From Phoronis australis (taxonomy: Eukaryota > Animalia > Phoronida), in assembly GCA_002633005.1 (NCBI GenBank), contig NMRA01000424.1, positions 10,815 to 74,814 of the forward strand: a DNA stretch of 64,000 nt, read 5' to 3'. Below are positions 62,147 through 64,000 of the stretch, in pieces (positions within the stretch are counted from its first letter, which is position 1; each line of letters opens with the position of its first letter). A model generated the notes under the pieces. The model had not been told where the DNA came from and ran no database searches. It worked only from the letters and a program-made list of their open reading frames with translations. The position numbers and the translations under genes are program-made.

Positions 62147-63156
62147 GATGCCGTGTTAAAGGCTTGCGTTTATTTGATGATCTGTCACGAGGCTGAAGCG
62201 TGTGTATGAACAAACTTGTACTTTGACCGCCATCAGCTGATTGGGCTAATTAAACAATTCCCAGGGAATGACACATGCTGCAGAATGACACGGGTTTTGA
62301 CGAGATGATGACCTTTGACCCCGGCAATAATAGTTCTGTGTGTGTCCTAGAAAAAAAAAATAATTCTTTGGAAAGGTGACGTGGTTCTAACTTTAGATAG
62401 TGTTGTCTCTGTGATATCGACGGCTCAGGATCTAAAAGCCGAACTCAAACTCAGACTCGAAACTTAACTAAACACTCCGCCTATATGATTCGCGTGCAAA
62501 TGTGTAAGTTTACTGTATGCGTGGCATATAGTCAATTTTCCAAATGAGTTAAGAGTTAGCTATATACTTAAAAAACTGTGCTGGCTGAGTAGAGGTCCGG
62601 TTGCCCAGGTGGCGAACAAATTTTTAGAGCGCAGCTGCACTCTGTCGTTCCCCAAGTTTTTGCAGCGTTCAAGTGAATAAATTTTCTCTCACGTGTTTCT
62701 ATCCTGGTAGGGAGGAGTAAAAAATCGACGCAGTACGCTCGAACCAAGCCAGTGGCTGTTGAACTTAATGTGAGTCGTCTTGACGACAGGTCACAGTGGG
62801 TGCAAGATGTTTTTTGCGAGAACAATACTGAAGCCTTGCCCGTGAACGAAATTGGTACCCGAAATATCGGCAATGATTTATTTTGTAACAAACGAACTGA
62901 AGAATTTGAATGAGCGCGCGATTTCGAACCTTCGTAGGAAGCCTTACTGCGAGCAATGAGCTATTATAGCTCATTGCTGCGAGCGACTTAGCTGCCGACT
63001 GAAAGTTGAAATAGCGCTCTCTAACGGACACGTACATTCGAGCTGCTAACTATCCAACCTGAAATAGGAGATATAATGCACGATGGAAAAACACTTTTCT
63101 AGGAACGAACTGCCCCATATGATCTTCACCAAAGTCGTCAAAGATAGATAACTCCA

Positions 63157-63838
63157 CAGGCCCGTAGCCAGGGGGGTTTCAGGGGGTTAAATGTTTCATA
63201 CCGGTTTATTTTATTTCATTTTAATACTTGTTGTTTTTTTCTTACCAGGAACGGGTTGATATCTTTTTATTTTATTTTTAAACTTGAAGTACCAAAACGA
63301 AAATTATTGATTAATGCAATTTGAAAATTCGCCATTATGGACAGGCAGTGGTGCTTACAACAGTTTATGTTCGGGCAAATACACTTAATTGGGTCTTGCT
63401 CGCGCAGGACAATGCGGTCAGCACAACCGTATCCGACACCGACAATGCACTCTCTTTGATCCCGGTGAAAGCCGCTCAGAAGGAAGGGCGGTGAAACTTT
63501 CTGCAGATCTTTAGAAATTCGTGACTTCCTTGTAAGCGTATTATTCACGGTATGGCGAGAACGTTAGGTTATATTTATGGATCACCTTACGTCCGAATTT
63601 GATTCCTGTTGTTTGCGAGCAATCGTCACGACATCCTCATTTCTGGTATTACAAACTCCGTCTTATCTCAGGAACATAGAGCTGAGAGCCATCGTTGCCA
63701 TGGATACAGATTTCCCTTCCCCGTAATTAACCTGCGTCAAGCGCCTTACCAAGAACTCGAGTGTTGTCGTTTGCAAAAGGTCAACCTTTCTAGAAATTAG
63801 AACCACCCCCCCCCCGCCCAATGCTGGCTACGGGCCTG
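63157..63838. mobile_element. DNA transposon derivative with perfect 15-bp TIR
   Basis: CAGGCCCGTAGCCAG / CTGGCTACGGGCCTG; no TSD visible. Confidence 0.7.
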
Positions 63839-64000
63839 ATATGCAAGACAATGAAGTCGTGGTCGTTGTTTGGTGATTGATAGGATTGTCATTTTCATGT
63901 TTGCTGTATTTGGTCATAAAAATGAGACTCGTTGAAACGGGCTGTTACATGTACTTGGCGATCGTCTGCCGGGACATTGCGCGTAAACAGCGGAACCGAC

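Overview
Eukaryotic (animal, probably marine invertebrate/lophotrochozoan-like; inference) genomic DNA with GT-AG introns and dense interspersed repeats. Three intact protein genes can be spliced by hand. (1) A single-cysteine-cluster Toll-like receptor (+, join 11063..13371,14906..15170; 857 aa) with an intron inside the TIR domain. (2) Glutamine synthetase type II copy A (+, 7 coding exons, 31305..36687; 366 aa). (3) A paralogous glutamine synthetase copy B (-, 7 coding exons, 40122..55680; 364 aa). The GS pair is tail-to-tail with identical exon sizes and a possible shared bidirectional poly(A) site near 38.6 kb. The rest is mostly mobile-element debris: Penelope-like GIY-YIG remnants with decayed hammerhead cores, Kolobok-like TTAA/THAP deletion derivatives, many CA..TG MITEs with 5-bp target duplications, other MITEs, a tRNA-derived SINE, Helentron-like pieces and a higher-order repeat carrying CTCF-like motifs. 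I see no clear evidence of a wholly new biological system. The best leads are the regulatory architecture of the convergent GS pair, atypical TLR features, an NF-kB/AP-1/ISRE motif cluster upstream of the TLR, and the repeat-borne CTCF-like array. All coordinates were read by eye and no database searches were run.
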